In this document: in pieces, positions 52,501 through 64,000 of the stretch | Layout: every line of letters starts with the position of its first letter | Position numbering within the stretch: position 1 is the first letter of the stretch | NCBI GenBank assembly: GCA_002633005.1 | Contig: NMRA01000136.1 | Location: 438,215-502,214, forward strand | Length of the DNA: 64,000 nt | Direction of reading: 5' to 3' | Origin: Phoronis australis | Lineage: Eukaryota > Animalia > Phoronida | Notes under the pieces: model-generated | What the model was told of the DNA's origin: nothing | Seen by the model: the letters and a program-made list of their open reading frames with translations, nothing else | Database searches by the model: none | Position numbers and translations under genes: made by a program

Positions 52501-54770
52501 TATAAAGTTTATGAAACGAATTCTCAAATACCGCGCTGGTAACCAGACATGAAACCTGATGAAGTTTATGTTTTACGTGAAATAATGATTTTGCTGTTTC
52601 TTTCAGGCGGTGTTTCTTTTTCCCGCCCTCCTGACTGGTGTCTTGGCATTGTACATTTCGTTCTGGCCACGCTCGTTCATTGACAGGAGCTCCACCTATT
52701 ATCGCATAGTGCTGGGTAAACTGGTGGGAGGTGCTGTGATTCTAATTGTTTTCAACGTCTACATACTATTCGCTTTTGAAGTATTTGGCTCCATGGTAAT
52801 TATCGTATATACAAGTCAGCTACATGAATTATTGCGTCGTATTAAACCGACTCAAACGAAAATTATGATTTATTAAACTAAGAAACCTCACTAAAAATGA
52901 TTCTTTATTCGGTCTCATCTTCAAATCCACCCAAATCAGTGGCATTCTTCGGAGCTCCATTTTCGTTCGATTGCACAGGAAGATATTACTTCGAAGCGAA
53001 TCGCCATTGCGTTTTGTAAAAGCGGACTTCCGGAGTTCTACAACGATGCTCACTTCAGGTTTTGTCATGAATCAGTGTACCTAAAAATGGATTGATGTTA
53101 CCTACATTTCTTATGTCATGCTTTATTGGCAAAACGCATCGTGTATTCAAATTTTCTATAGATTGAATCTTCATCCAATTTGCTACCCCTGGTGAACGCA
53201 AAATTCCAGCGAGAGTCTGGCTGGAGGCAAGTGGAAGTTTCTGCTGCCTGTTCTATTGTCGGCACTCTGACCTTCGGTTTGATGCTGTTTCTGGCAAAGC
53301 AGAAGCCACAAGCGAATTTAAGCAACACAGAAACCTCACCAGTTACAGATTCTGGTAAGATAGCATCCATTCCAGACATTACATTACAGAGTGTGCATGT
53401 GGAAACTCAAAATCACTCTCTCAATAAAAAGAGTACATTTCCTGAGTATTGGCATGAACCTTGTTGTGAATGACGGTGTCCAATTATTTGAAAATGACAA
53501 ATTATTTCATTATTCAGACATCAGAACTGAAAGAAAAAGAAAGGATCTGACGTTGACCTCTTCCAAACTTTTCAAGAGGCGTACACTAAGAAAGCGCCAG
53601 ATGCTTGTCTCTACTTGTACCCCGCCTCCATCTCCAAAGATTTCAAAGTCAAGTTCACCTACGTCATCACAAATAAATCTTTCCGAGACAATAACATCGC
53701 GTGAATTGGGAGGAAAACCACGACAATGGATACTTGTGCTAACAATCAGCTTGTGTGCGGTGGTTTTCGCTGTCTGCTCAACTTTGACACCATGGATCTC
53801 TTTCAAACCATCAGGAAATACGAAGCTTGCTAAGCATTTGTACGTATCGAGTGGAAGCCCAGATTTCATTTTTAGTGATATGCGTGTAATGTTTGCTGAG
53901 GTGTATGCATAAAATGCTTTATTGCGTTGACATTTCAGAGGCGTTTTACAAAGTAGACCAAGCGAAACAAACAGACTGTGCATAAGATATTTGTAATAAT
54001 AATTGCATACCAAAATAATCACAAATGCTGTCATGATCATTGTGTTTGTTATTGCTGTAGACAATTATATTATCTGAATAATATACACACAAAGGTATAA
54101 CTACATGAACTACTTGTCACAAAGAGAGAAATTGCTCAGTTCTGTTTCTTATTTCAGGACGCGGTTGCAAACCATGGCGGAAGGCGGGTTACTCTTAAGA
54201 GACGACTTCGAGACAGATTCCAAAGACTGCGAAATATTCACTATTCCCCTGAAACTGTTCTTACGCAAATTTCTGTCACTTTCGTTTCTTCGCATTTGGA
54301 AAACCTTACTTCACAACTTGAAACAAATTTTGCCCACGGACGAGCTTGAGGATTACGCTCTTTTTGTGTCTACGCTTATCAAAGTCGCTACTGTTCTTCC
54401 AACATTCTTTATATTTCTGCTGACCGTGTCTGGATACTTGTCGAGTTTCAAACCAAAAACTCGCTTCTGTTTGCCAATGGAAACTGTGCAGAAATATGTT
54501 GGCAAAGTTGGAACAACATCCATAATGCTCTCCATGAACATACTGGTTCTCTTGACCAATCTCTACCGAGAGATAAACATTCTCCACATGACGTTTTCTC
54601 CTCACATACGAGTCGGTTTCATTTTTGGACTATCTTCGCAACTACTGGTTATTTTAGGTAACTCACTTTTATCTCTTGTACACTCTAAAATAGATAATAC
54701 ATCAACAACATTGAGTGCCAGATCCGAAATACTAAAGCACAGGCCTGAGAACTGCGAACTCTCCGCCTAG
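49590..54770 (+). CDS. Uncharacterised multi-pass membrane protein, at least 8 exons; 5' end unresolved
   Basis: Phase-consistent GT-AG chain: 49590-49934, 50104-50861, 51424-51614, 52607-52795, 53162-53354, 53518-53839, 53939-53992, 54158-54770(stop); many hydrophobic ~20-aa segments; family not recognised. Confidence 0.7.
50839..51054 (+). repeat. 54-bp tandem repeat x4 spanning an exon/intron boundary
   Basis: TTTGTCCTATGTACCATTCGTAG|GTAAGCTATTCTACTCAATGAGGTTCGCATC, near-identical copies. Confidence 0.95.
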
Positions 54771-55113
54771 CGAATGCAGCTGTGAAAAATAGCAGTGTTT
54801 GCGAAAAACAGTAGACAATCATTATATGTTTCCTTACATGCGTTGCAAGTGTTCGATGATCAAAATTAAGTGAATATTTTACTGCAAGCTAAGCCCAATG
54901 CACTATTGCTTAGTTTTCAAATTAAGAACTGTCAACTATAGAGGCCATTTTGCAAAATGCCTGACAAACAGCAACCGCATAATCTTGATGTGGTCTGGCA
55001 TCCTTTGGAGATAATATAACACGGCCGATCGTTTATGTCATCCCAAAGGACTAGGTCGTGGTTATGGTTTACGAAACTTGAAATATTATTTTATCTATTC
55101 AGTTTGGATTGGG

Positions 55114-57086
55114 ATGAGTGTTGAAATACTCGGTTTTAAAAGTGGTGACGAAGATCTTGCACATAGTACCTCCAGACCGTTGGTTAAAGTTCANCGGCGG
55201 GGACTGAATGAACACGAAGATGACGGGACACAACTGAAAAGATCATCTGCTTTTGGGTTAACTGTGAAACGGTCACCATTTCTTCGCAAGCAACGAGAAG
55301 GTAATTTATTACTTGTGAATGAAACGATGGTGTACTAAAATGTACAATGAATTTTCGTTGTTTTAACTAGTAATTATTTATTGCAGCCACAATCGGCCTT
55401 CACAAGAAAATTCCTGTCAGAACACTTTGCACCGATTGTTGGTCCAGTTATAGAATAACAAAAAAGAGAAAAGTCGTATATCGAAATTAAGATGGACCAC
55501 ATTTGTGAATAAGAATGAATTCGACATTTCGAGACTTATCGTCAAAAGAATGAAGGCACTATGACTTTATGATGTTGATTCACTTAGCAAATACATTATG
55601 GCACTGCTTTTTAGATAATAAGGTGAGATCTTACAGACAGACATTGTATGGCAGTTTGCCCAATTTGAGTTCCCCCAGCAATGCCACAGACATCAAAGTT
55701 TCTTGTCCAAAGAAGTCGCCACACAGGTTATCAAACCCGAACTCATCATTCAAGGCGCAATCGCCCTATCTACCACGAGTACCTTCTCCGTTGATTTTGT
55801 CTTCGCGACGGAAGAAGTTGTTAAGTGGGGAATCGTCTCGAAGATTGGTTGGCGGTCATTCTCCTAACTCTCGCTCGCCTTCGCCGTTTGTGGCAGAAAA
55901 GATAAGCCAACTGAGGAAGAAGAGCATGCCAAATCTCTTAGACCCTAAGATTACACAACAAACCATGGGAAAGACGGCACGTGAGTTCACGAAACAAAAA
56001 TTACTAAATAGTTAAAATTCCTAATATAACTATATTGTATAGTATAGTGTATTAAATCAACTTCGGTTAATTCATTTTGAAATGGGCTCCAGAAATTGAA
56101 GTTTAAATTTTTTCGCATCTAGTTATTCACCTGGGTAATTGATAATATCCATCGTCAACACTAAAACCTGCTTTAGTGATTTTCTCTGTCGCATGCTACT
56201 ACACGGTTAGATCGTCCTTAAAATATTGTTGTTTCCTCGAACACTACCCTGACTTTTGTTTGTTTTTGAGATGAGTATGCAGGTCAGTAAAATATTTTAC
56301 ACTTTTCACGATAATTAGTTGTGACATGCATGGAACTTCGTGGAAGAAGAACAGTTGATTGAAGAATCGGCGAAAAAAGAAACTGGCCAATGGGTGACGC
56401 TCTATTTCATGGCGCTGAAAGTCGACACATAGGTTCACGCCGCTTTATTTCGGTTATGGGCGCTAAATACGCGTTGATACGTTTGATGTCGGTCTGCGTT
56501 AGTAAAGATGTTAGTTCTCATATAGTTTTCGTACATCTGGGGCCGATTTCTAATCTATCTACTCGAAATCAAAATTATTTTTGGTGTGCCTGTTACCAAT
56601 GGAAATGGTTGCCATAGTCCCACTAGCCCAGACTTGCCTGATGGTCTTGTGAAAAGATATCGTGTTGGAAAACTTATCGGTGAAGGAAACTTTGCTGTAG
56701 TGAAAACTTGTGCTGACAGCATAGAATAATGAACAAACGTCCTGAGTTTGCTCAAAAGTACAATAAGAATGTCAAAAATGTTCTATTTCGATTAAAAAGA
56801 TTAGACCCCAGGCCATAGTCTAACGTTTAGTAAAATTCTTAAATTTTCAATTCCAGCAATATCGTCGAAGACGTTTTCCGACCACTTGTTTGGAAGTCTG
56901 CCTAACCTCACAAAACGCGGCCCTCGTACGTCGTCTCCCAGTAGCAGCGCCTCTAGTGTCGCTTCTACACACTTCCTATGGCCGCCAGTGCGATCGCCAC
57001 CGTCTCCTGAGCGAACGCCGGTAATGATACGCAAAAAACGAAGTTTGCCTAACTTACTTGACGTCTTTCAAGTGGACTGTCGATAG
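55114..57086 (+). CDS. Putative Ser/Pro/Arg-rich protein (exons 55114-55300, 55615-55980, 56857-57086), possibly DCLK-derived
   Basis: Both introns phase 1 with GT-AG; exons 2 and 3 share L(Y/F)GSLPNL...RKK(R)S(M/L)PNLLD motifs. Confidence 0.5.
56616..56729 (+). pseudogene. Isolated protein kinase subdomain I fragment, doublecortin-like kinase type
   Basis: PDGLVKRYRVGKLIGEGNFAVVKTCAD resembles DCLK (RYKVGRTIGDGNFAVVKEC); no GT donor at the expected position, stop follows, and no further kinase exons were found. Confidence 0.6.
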
Positions 57087-59739
57087 AACTGTCTAGTAAT
57101 AATCAGTGCTTTAAACATTTTCTTCTTTTATCTCTCTGATTTCGGACAAAGAAGCTTGCGGTGAATGTTTAAATGAAAAGTTGGATTTCTTAATATCAGT
57201 CTGTAGCTTGTCTCAGTCAAAATGCCTTGGACAAGGATCTAAGAGGTCCAACACAGAAATAGCGTTTCTAGACGATATGGCAAAGAATGTCGTAATGAAC
57301 CCGTGGTTTGCGAATAAGATGGACGAGGATGTTTACTTTCTTGGTGATCTTTTACTCAACGACGAATCACACGTCTTCTTCCTTTAGCTTGTCAGTGGCA
57401 AAAACAACGTAATCCGGGGCAAAGTTCTAGAAAGGTGTTTTGTAGTTCAAGTTTATCTGCAGTGAAATAGCACATTGCTACAGCTGCAGATTGACTATCT
57501 GGCGATGCGGTCGAGGAACAACCTACTCTCAACAGGGAGGCAAAAGGGTGGCCAGAAGGGGCTGCTGAGGCTCACTGTCGCCAACTATTCCTTGATCTAG
57601 AAGGTGATGATGCTATTGTGGTTGCGACTGATGTCTCCTTCCAAGTGAACGAAAGAGCGGATCACCTGGCTGGGGCATTTGGCGACAACAGCCCTCTCAA
57701 TCTGAACGTTTCCGACATCGAGCTTTTGGCTAGGCACTTTTCCACCGTCAACAGAGATTGTCTACCTATGGCGACGGGACTCGCATCCAGGACTCTGGAA
57801 TTTATTTTCAACCTGCGCCTCAAGCCGATCTAGGGTCATACAGAGGCGACTTAAAAACCAACAGCTAACGGGCAACTTTAGTATTGGGAGTCTGCGTCTC
57901 CTGCTGTCAGTCTGGAAGTGTGGTGAAACGATTAGTGCCGCCACACGTCGTCTATGACTCTGTGTGCAACAAGTAATTTGTAGGTAATTTGCGTGTTGGT
58001 AGATATTATTCACCGACGCTGAGTACGTTCATACGTCACACCCATGTCTATGGAGCTAAGACACTTTCATTTAACGTGGCTTTTCTTCTATTTTCAAGTT
58101 TTTGGGAGATTGATTTCATTATTTGTTTGATATGCAGTGCTGCAATGAAAGGTTTAAAATGATGCTTACAATGCGTAGACACTTGTTAAAACAAGGTAAA
58201 TGGTGGTTTTTAAAAGCATTTAACCTTTTTATCTTTTAGCGATGCACAGCAGGTTCAAACTTATCTTTAATCAGAACAGAACTCCTCTAGAATTCCTTTT
58301 GAAAAGTACATTCATAACATCATTGCGTTTACACGCAAGGTATTGTAAATAGGGGGTGGTGGTTTGAGACTAAAGAGCTGAAATTGGACACTTATATAGA
58401 TTCAAGTGGGGTTGGAATTGACACAGAGGGCTCAAAAGATAGCAAAGAAATTGTACTGTTTGAAACGATCAGATGTCTTACAAGCATACTGTAATAGGCC
58501 TACAGTGCAAGCGTGTTGTGCAGGCCCAACTAACTATAAACTCTTTGGCAGGCCTAAACAATGTTTCGGCTCCCAAACTCAAGTGAAAATTAGCAAAAAT
58601 TGGATTCCGTTTCGGGAGAATTGCCCTGTAATAAACTTGTGTCAGTCACTGATTACTAAACCCAAAATAGTGCCTTTTTATGTATGAAAGTATAATGGTC
58701 GTTTTTGCTGATCGCTAAGAATAAACTTTCCTAGAGGGTATAATCCAAAGTCGTAAAACTTAAATTCGTGACAGGCTTTTTTTTCGAGAATAGGCCTACT
58801 CGTGGGTAACGCGGGTGTTTTAGGGTAGGTTTTCAGCCGTTGGCTATAAGGGGTGGCGATCAGATCCAAAAAACAGGGCACCGGCGAAAGAGTGACTCTG
58901 TTCTAAGCGGCATTTCACATTAGCTGAAAGGTAGAGCCCGGCATTTCCCGTTTCATCAGTTGTTGTTCGAATCAAAATTTTATAGCACAAGTCATTGGCG
59001 ATATCACGCATGCTTGCTGCGTTCCAACCCACCTTTGCACGTTACCAAAGTGCTTGTAAAGTGTGAATTTATCTATACCTACTATTTTTATATGCCTCGG
59101 GCTTTTTCTACCCGCTTGAAAATGTCCAAGAGACAACATAAGCCTGACAACAAACATAATTAAATCATCAATAAATTCGGCAGCAACCTACCATCATCAC
59201 AGAAAAATGACAATAAAAATTCCACAAATCACTTGACATTTGACAACGTACATGAGTAAATCAGCTATGCAAGAGGATAGAACAAGTATGAACTTGTGAG
59301 GTATTTAATACTTGAACGAAAATTTCATTTTACAATGATATGCGTGCATGTGTGTATGTTCTTGATATAAAAATGAGTTTTCTCTCGCTTTCGGTCTCGT
59401 GAAAACGTCACTGAGAGCTACCCAGTCTGTGCAGCGCGCTGCTAGTCATAAGCTGTCATGTTGCTTCAGACGTATGTATTTGGCATATATTGTTTGGATT
59501 GTCTGACAGTATATAGCAATGTAAAACTGTTCAGGAAGGAAACTCATTGTTAACACGGGCACACACCCATGATACACAGGCCAAATAAGTCTTACCACAA
59601 ACGAAACAATCTTGCATCGAAATCAGAACTCAGACCACAGTCCAACCGGCACTTGTACCATGGCCGAATAAGGTAGCGTTGACTATTAATCGTAAGACGA
59701 CATATCCCTGTTAAAGCTCGATCCCGCACTTCGGTCACT

Positions 59740-59985
59740 TGCCTTGGAAACTGTCCGTGGAAAGGATGCTTGTCTGCGGTTGGAGTCTTGGTTTAAAATA
59801 CGAACAATGCCACGGGTTCTCATTCTGTCCCTTGCATACATTCACCAGTAAGACCAAGCTCAGAGGAGTAGGAGACACCTTTGTGCAATGCTCGATTGTC
59901 AGCCAGTCAAGACAGGATTCGAAGCCGGGTCTCCCAAACGGGACTCCGAAGCTCAAACCACTAAGACACACTGTCTCCTCGAAGA
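59740..59985 (-). mobile_element. tRNA-derived SINE
   Basis: Minus strand GTCTTAGTGG (A box) ... GGCTTCGAATCC (B box) followed by a non-tRNA body; extent approximate. Confidence 0.55.
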
Positions 59986-61974
59986 GTTTTGTTTCCGTGG
60001 TAAAAATGTTTTGTGCGTGATAAGGTTTTTTGAGATGTGTGGTATGGGTGCCGCCCGTGTTAAGAGTGGGTCTCCACCCGCCAGCATATACAAAATGCTC
60101 CCAGTCCCGGGTTTAACGGTCTATGCATGTACATGCTTAAGTCTGGCGACAGTCCCACGTACACCCGTGAACCACTATAGTTACAAAATCACATAGATAT
60201 CAGTTTTAAAACAAAAAGTGTGTTCATTCTGTTATTAATAAAACGCGCCTTTTTGGCGGAACATTTAATCCTTGTAGCAAGTATATTCATCTGGCACGTC
60301 TTACGTTATTGGGACAATTTGGGCCTGTACCAGAGTTTGTAGCTTTATCTAGAGGTCTCCAAGTGCGAACTTGGAATAGACAGCCATCCATAAACCATAA
60401 TGTACTCCATACAGAATAATAATCGTAAAAGAATAGAGCAGAAATTGACAAAAACAGTTTCGAGTTCGACTTCGAATTCAAAGATTAGGGTCACCTCTAG
60501 ACTCTGAACAGAGTTCTCTTGGTGAGAATCGCGTTTTTAGGTCACAGTTCCAGTCTTCTTATCTTTCACGTGCGTGGCTACTTCGGGGAAGGGGGTAAAA
60601 CGAACTTGGGACTTGGGAACAAATCGTTCTTCAGATGTTCAAAAGTCATTTTCAGCAAAGTTCCCAAGAATACACTTGCAAGTTTAGTAAGAATTTTAGT
60701 TTAAAAGTTGGAAAAAACAAGCTTCCAGTATCTTAATAGCCACTAGGTGCCAGTGCAGTATGATCAGAACAGCCAGGAAAGTATTGTGCCCGTGTCATTT
60801 CTAAAATGTCTGCTTCCCGAGTCAAACCAAACAGGCGTTTTGTGCTAGCTGTGACACTGCTGAGAAGAGGAATTATTGGATGATTGCATGAATTATTGAC
60901 ACACCAAGAGTGTCAAGATTTCTACCCGTTGTTACATTAGATCAAGGCTTCAGCTCACAGTTCTGAGCTTCTGCAATTTACAGACACGACCTGACTCCTG
61001 CAAACAAGTGGATCGAATTTGAGTGCAAGCAAATCCCTATTGCTGAAAAGTTTTTGAGGTTTTGTGACAAAATAGAATAAATCTACCACAAACAGTCATT
61101 GTTACACAAATTTACTGGTTTCGCGGAAATTGAAAGACCTTCTAAGCAAAAAAGATAAAGCTGATCAAGGAAACATTGAGTTAATGCCGAGCCTAGAACC
61201 AGTAGAAGAAACCAACGAAGTTGTCAATTTCGTTTGAGTTCTCAAAGAAAGAGGCATGTGCTGCCTCGATCCAGGATGCATTATTTGTCAGAAAACGATG
61301 TGGGTTACAACTTATAGACAACAACACAAAGAAAAGGAAATTTGAACACTTTGAAATCGTGTTGACAGATAAGAAACGTAGTTAAAAAACCTATGAATTG
61401 CGGTTAAAAACTTCTTGTTTTGGACATAGAAATTTGAACTCTTTGCTTGAGGTCCGAGCTAGTCCCTAATGTTGGAAATTTGCACTTAATTGCCTGTCCC
61501 AAACTTTGTGGCAATTTGCACCAACATGTACCTGATCAGCACTGTTTTTTATGAGCTTCCAAGCTCATTTTCAGACCATGTTGCGAAAAAATGCAATATT
61601 TGGAATATTTGAGACATATAAAAAAGGCAAAAACCGTCCGTGGTCCAAAATAACAATCAAGAAAAACCAATTTTACCTCAGATTTCAGTGTCCCAAATTT
61701 TGAGGACTGTTCGGAACTGGAAAATTTTTAGCGTAGACTGGAAAATTTTTATTCTTCCAGTTACTCACTCTCTAAAACAAGACGCGTCGGAACAAACCTT
61801 TGTGGTGCGGTAAATTTTTACAATTTCATACAAAAATGACTTAAAGATGCTCAAAAGTCTAGCACGTGTTGTTTGATGATGACAGTTGTACAATGGTGGT
61901 AGTGATGCTCATTTTTCTTAAGATTTACCTTTGCTGAGAAATTTAACAAAACAAATTTACCCAGCCTGATCAGA

Positions 61975-62300
61975 AAATTCCAATGCAATTCAATAAGTTT
62001 TTGTCTTGTGGCGAAAACAAGGGAGTCATTGTTGACTGTTCGTATAAACAGTGGGCAAGTGCCAATGTTGAAAGTATTGGGCACAAAGGTATGCCATCTA
62101 CAGAAATCTGTCATGTCATCCGCGTAAGCGATAGTAGAGAGATCAATGTTCAGAGTGTTCCGAGACTCGCATTTGATCTTGAAGAGGTGGACGCTCATTT
62201 ATTATTGCTCGCTCATCATGCTGCACGTAGTCACTCTTGAGTTATCTTCAAACGCCCGGACACACAGGCGTGATGGTTTTGGGTTTGGTCAATGCAGCAA
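61975..62300 (+). mobile_element. Decayed fragment of a transposon-associated PIN/FEN1-like ORF
   Basis: KFLSCGENK...W...EEVDAHLLLLAHHAA.....VIFKRPDT matches the FL...NK...EEADTR..LHA.HA...V...S.DTDV motif of widespread invertebrate repeat-derived proteins; stop and frameshift present; superfamily not assigned. Confidence 0.6.
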
Positions 62301-63629
62301 GCATTATTTTTTCAACCGGGCACGTTAAGTTTTAGGTTGACTTGTCTGCCAGGCAAATTAAACAAGTAAATATTTTTTCCTAAAAGAAAAAATGTCAAGA
62401 CCTGCAATGCTTTAGTAACATAAGAAAACACGATTTTACAGTAAAAACACTCAAACGCGGGCACCTCAAATTATACGTGAAATAAACTTTTTACCATATT
62501 GCGTCACCAGAAGCGAACGGCAATCTTAGGCTTGCCGATAGCAACAGCTTTGAACATTCGCCGGTACCCATGGCAGAACTACGTATCTGCGGCGGGTACC
62601 AGAGCATTATGAATAGCTAGAATGCTAGTGTTTGTTGCTGGAACAAAGATATTATAATATTACAACTATAGGTCCTCACGGTGACATAGACGAGAGTCAG
62701 GAACTATGCCCAACCGTTCATGATCGATTTCGCAATTTTACGATTTCTGTGTGGTCAGAGTGGTGATTTTAGAGTAAAGTACATATAACGTTTGCTATTG
62801 GTCAATATTCTGGGAGTCCAGTCACAACAAGGAGTTCGCGTGAAACGTTACTAGACTTTACATCAGCTAGCCATTACGTAATACTCTAAAAATTACGTAA
62901 TAGTACTATTCAGGTAGGTCAGTTTATTACTGAGAATGAGGTAAATGAACCGAATGTTATGGTATTCTTAAATCAACATTCAAACTTGAATATCCTGAAC
63001 GCATAAATAACGAGGGGTCTAAAAACCTACATAGCATTCAAGAAACATGGCTCTTCAGACGCAACTTGTGGAGTAAGACGTTCGTTTAAGAAAGAGACCA
63101 TACTATTACTAGAGGTCCATATTCTAAAGGTGCGAGCAACTTATGCATGGACAAACTCGGAAAATAGTAATAAAAAAACGTTTCAAACTGTTGAGGTAAG
63201 TGGCTACCGGTTTAAGAACTTGTGGTTTTGGGGAATTTGCCTTTATGTCGAAAAGGTAAATGTAGAATAACCCCACATAAAGGTAGCGTTTCTGGAACCC
63301 AGCCCTCGGATAGGATGAATTTTCTTAGATGCGCTCTCCAAATAGGTCCCTCTGTCCTCTCTCGAAATGGGTGGGTATAACCTAATTATCCTGCTCCACA
63401 CCCGCCAAAAGTATCCCGTCAAAATTATGTCAAGTGCCTTCCGTGGTTTGATGTCTATTATCGTGTGTCCAATACTAGCTGAATTGTTTGTCTCGAGTGG
63501 AACAAGAGCTGATAGCTCAAAACAAGGTGTGAATGAACCAGACGTTAGTTCATTCAATTGTTCTTGTCCTCGTGTGAGCTGACAGCTCAGTTATGGCTCA
63601 CTTGAGGCAGACTATGGTGGCCGTTGAGG

Positions 63630-63846
63630 GGAAAATGTCGCCGTAAAATTACGCTCGTAATTACGAGCGTAAATTAAATTGCAGGAGTGTCGCCGTACAA
63701 TTACGCTCCTAAATTAAATGGGGAAAAGTTTCGCCGTAAAATTACTCTCGTAATTACTAGCGTAAGTTAAATTGCAAAAGTATTGCGGTAAAATTACGCC
63801 CGTAAATTAAATGGGGTAAATGTCGCCGTAAATTACGCTCGTAAAA
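63630..63846. repeat. Complex short tandem array with internal palindromes
   Basis: About 5 units of GTCGCCGTAAAATTACGCTCGTAA(TTACGAGCGTAA)ATTAAAT. Confidence 0.8.
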
Positions 63847-64000
63847 TACCTTACGAACGTTCCAAATTTAAACCAATCAGTGATGACCTAACATACACAA
63901 CTGTTGCTGGGCAGCTCGTTCTTGCACAATCGCTGACATGGCAGCAGCGATTTGATCCGCCATGATTCAGCGCTCGTATCGTAGACATGAAACCCGCCAG

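Noticed and set aside
52556-52590. CTGATGA...GAAA motif
   Set aside because: No credible stem II or stem I; lies in an acceptor region
53510-54064. 184-aa minus-strand ORF
   Set aside because: Antisense shadow of the plus-strand membrane protein exons
57500-57960. GC-rich, coding-looking stretch
   Set aside because: Broken by stops in all frames with no recognisable domain; possibly an old TE fragment

Overview
AT-rich, intron-containing animal (probably invertebrate) genomic DNA; no prokaryotic features or CRISPR. Gene models were built by hand from splice sites and intron phase. (1) The first three coding exons of an ABCC/MRP1-type transporter (-) lie head-to-head with (2) a complete four-coding-exon HMGB gene (+). 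(3) A PRD-class Q50 homeobox gene (+) has an eh1/octapeptide-like motif, and its 5.7 kb first intron contains (4) an antisense GT31 beta-1,3-galactosyltransferase exon. Also present are (5) an unassigned 235-aa helical ORF, (6) an unrecognised multi-pass membrane protein gene of at least 8 exons, in which a 54-bp in-frame tandem repeat quadruplicates a splice donor, and (7) a Ser/Pro-rich gene with an orphan DCLK-like kinase N-lobe fragment inside it. Repeats include a ~1 kb palindrome of Penelope-like GIY-YIG fragments with a variant (U3-A8) minimal hammerhead motif in each arm, another minimal hammerhead in an ABCC intron, hAT- and Harbinger-type MITEs, tRNA-derived SINEs, LINE remnants and minisatellites. 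A ~720 bp duplication around an N is probably an assembly artefact. No database searches or folding programs were run.
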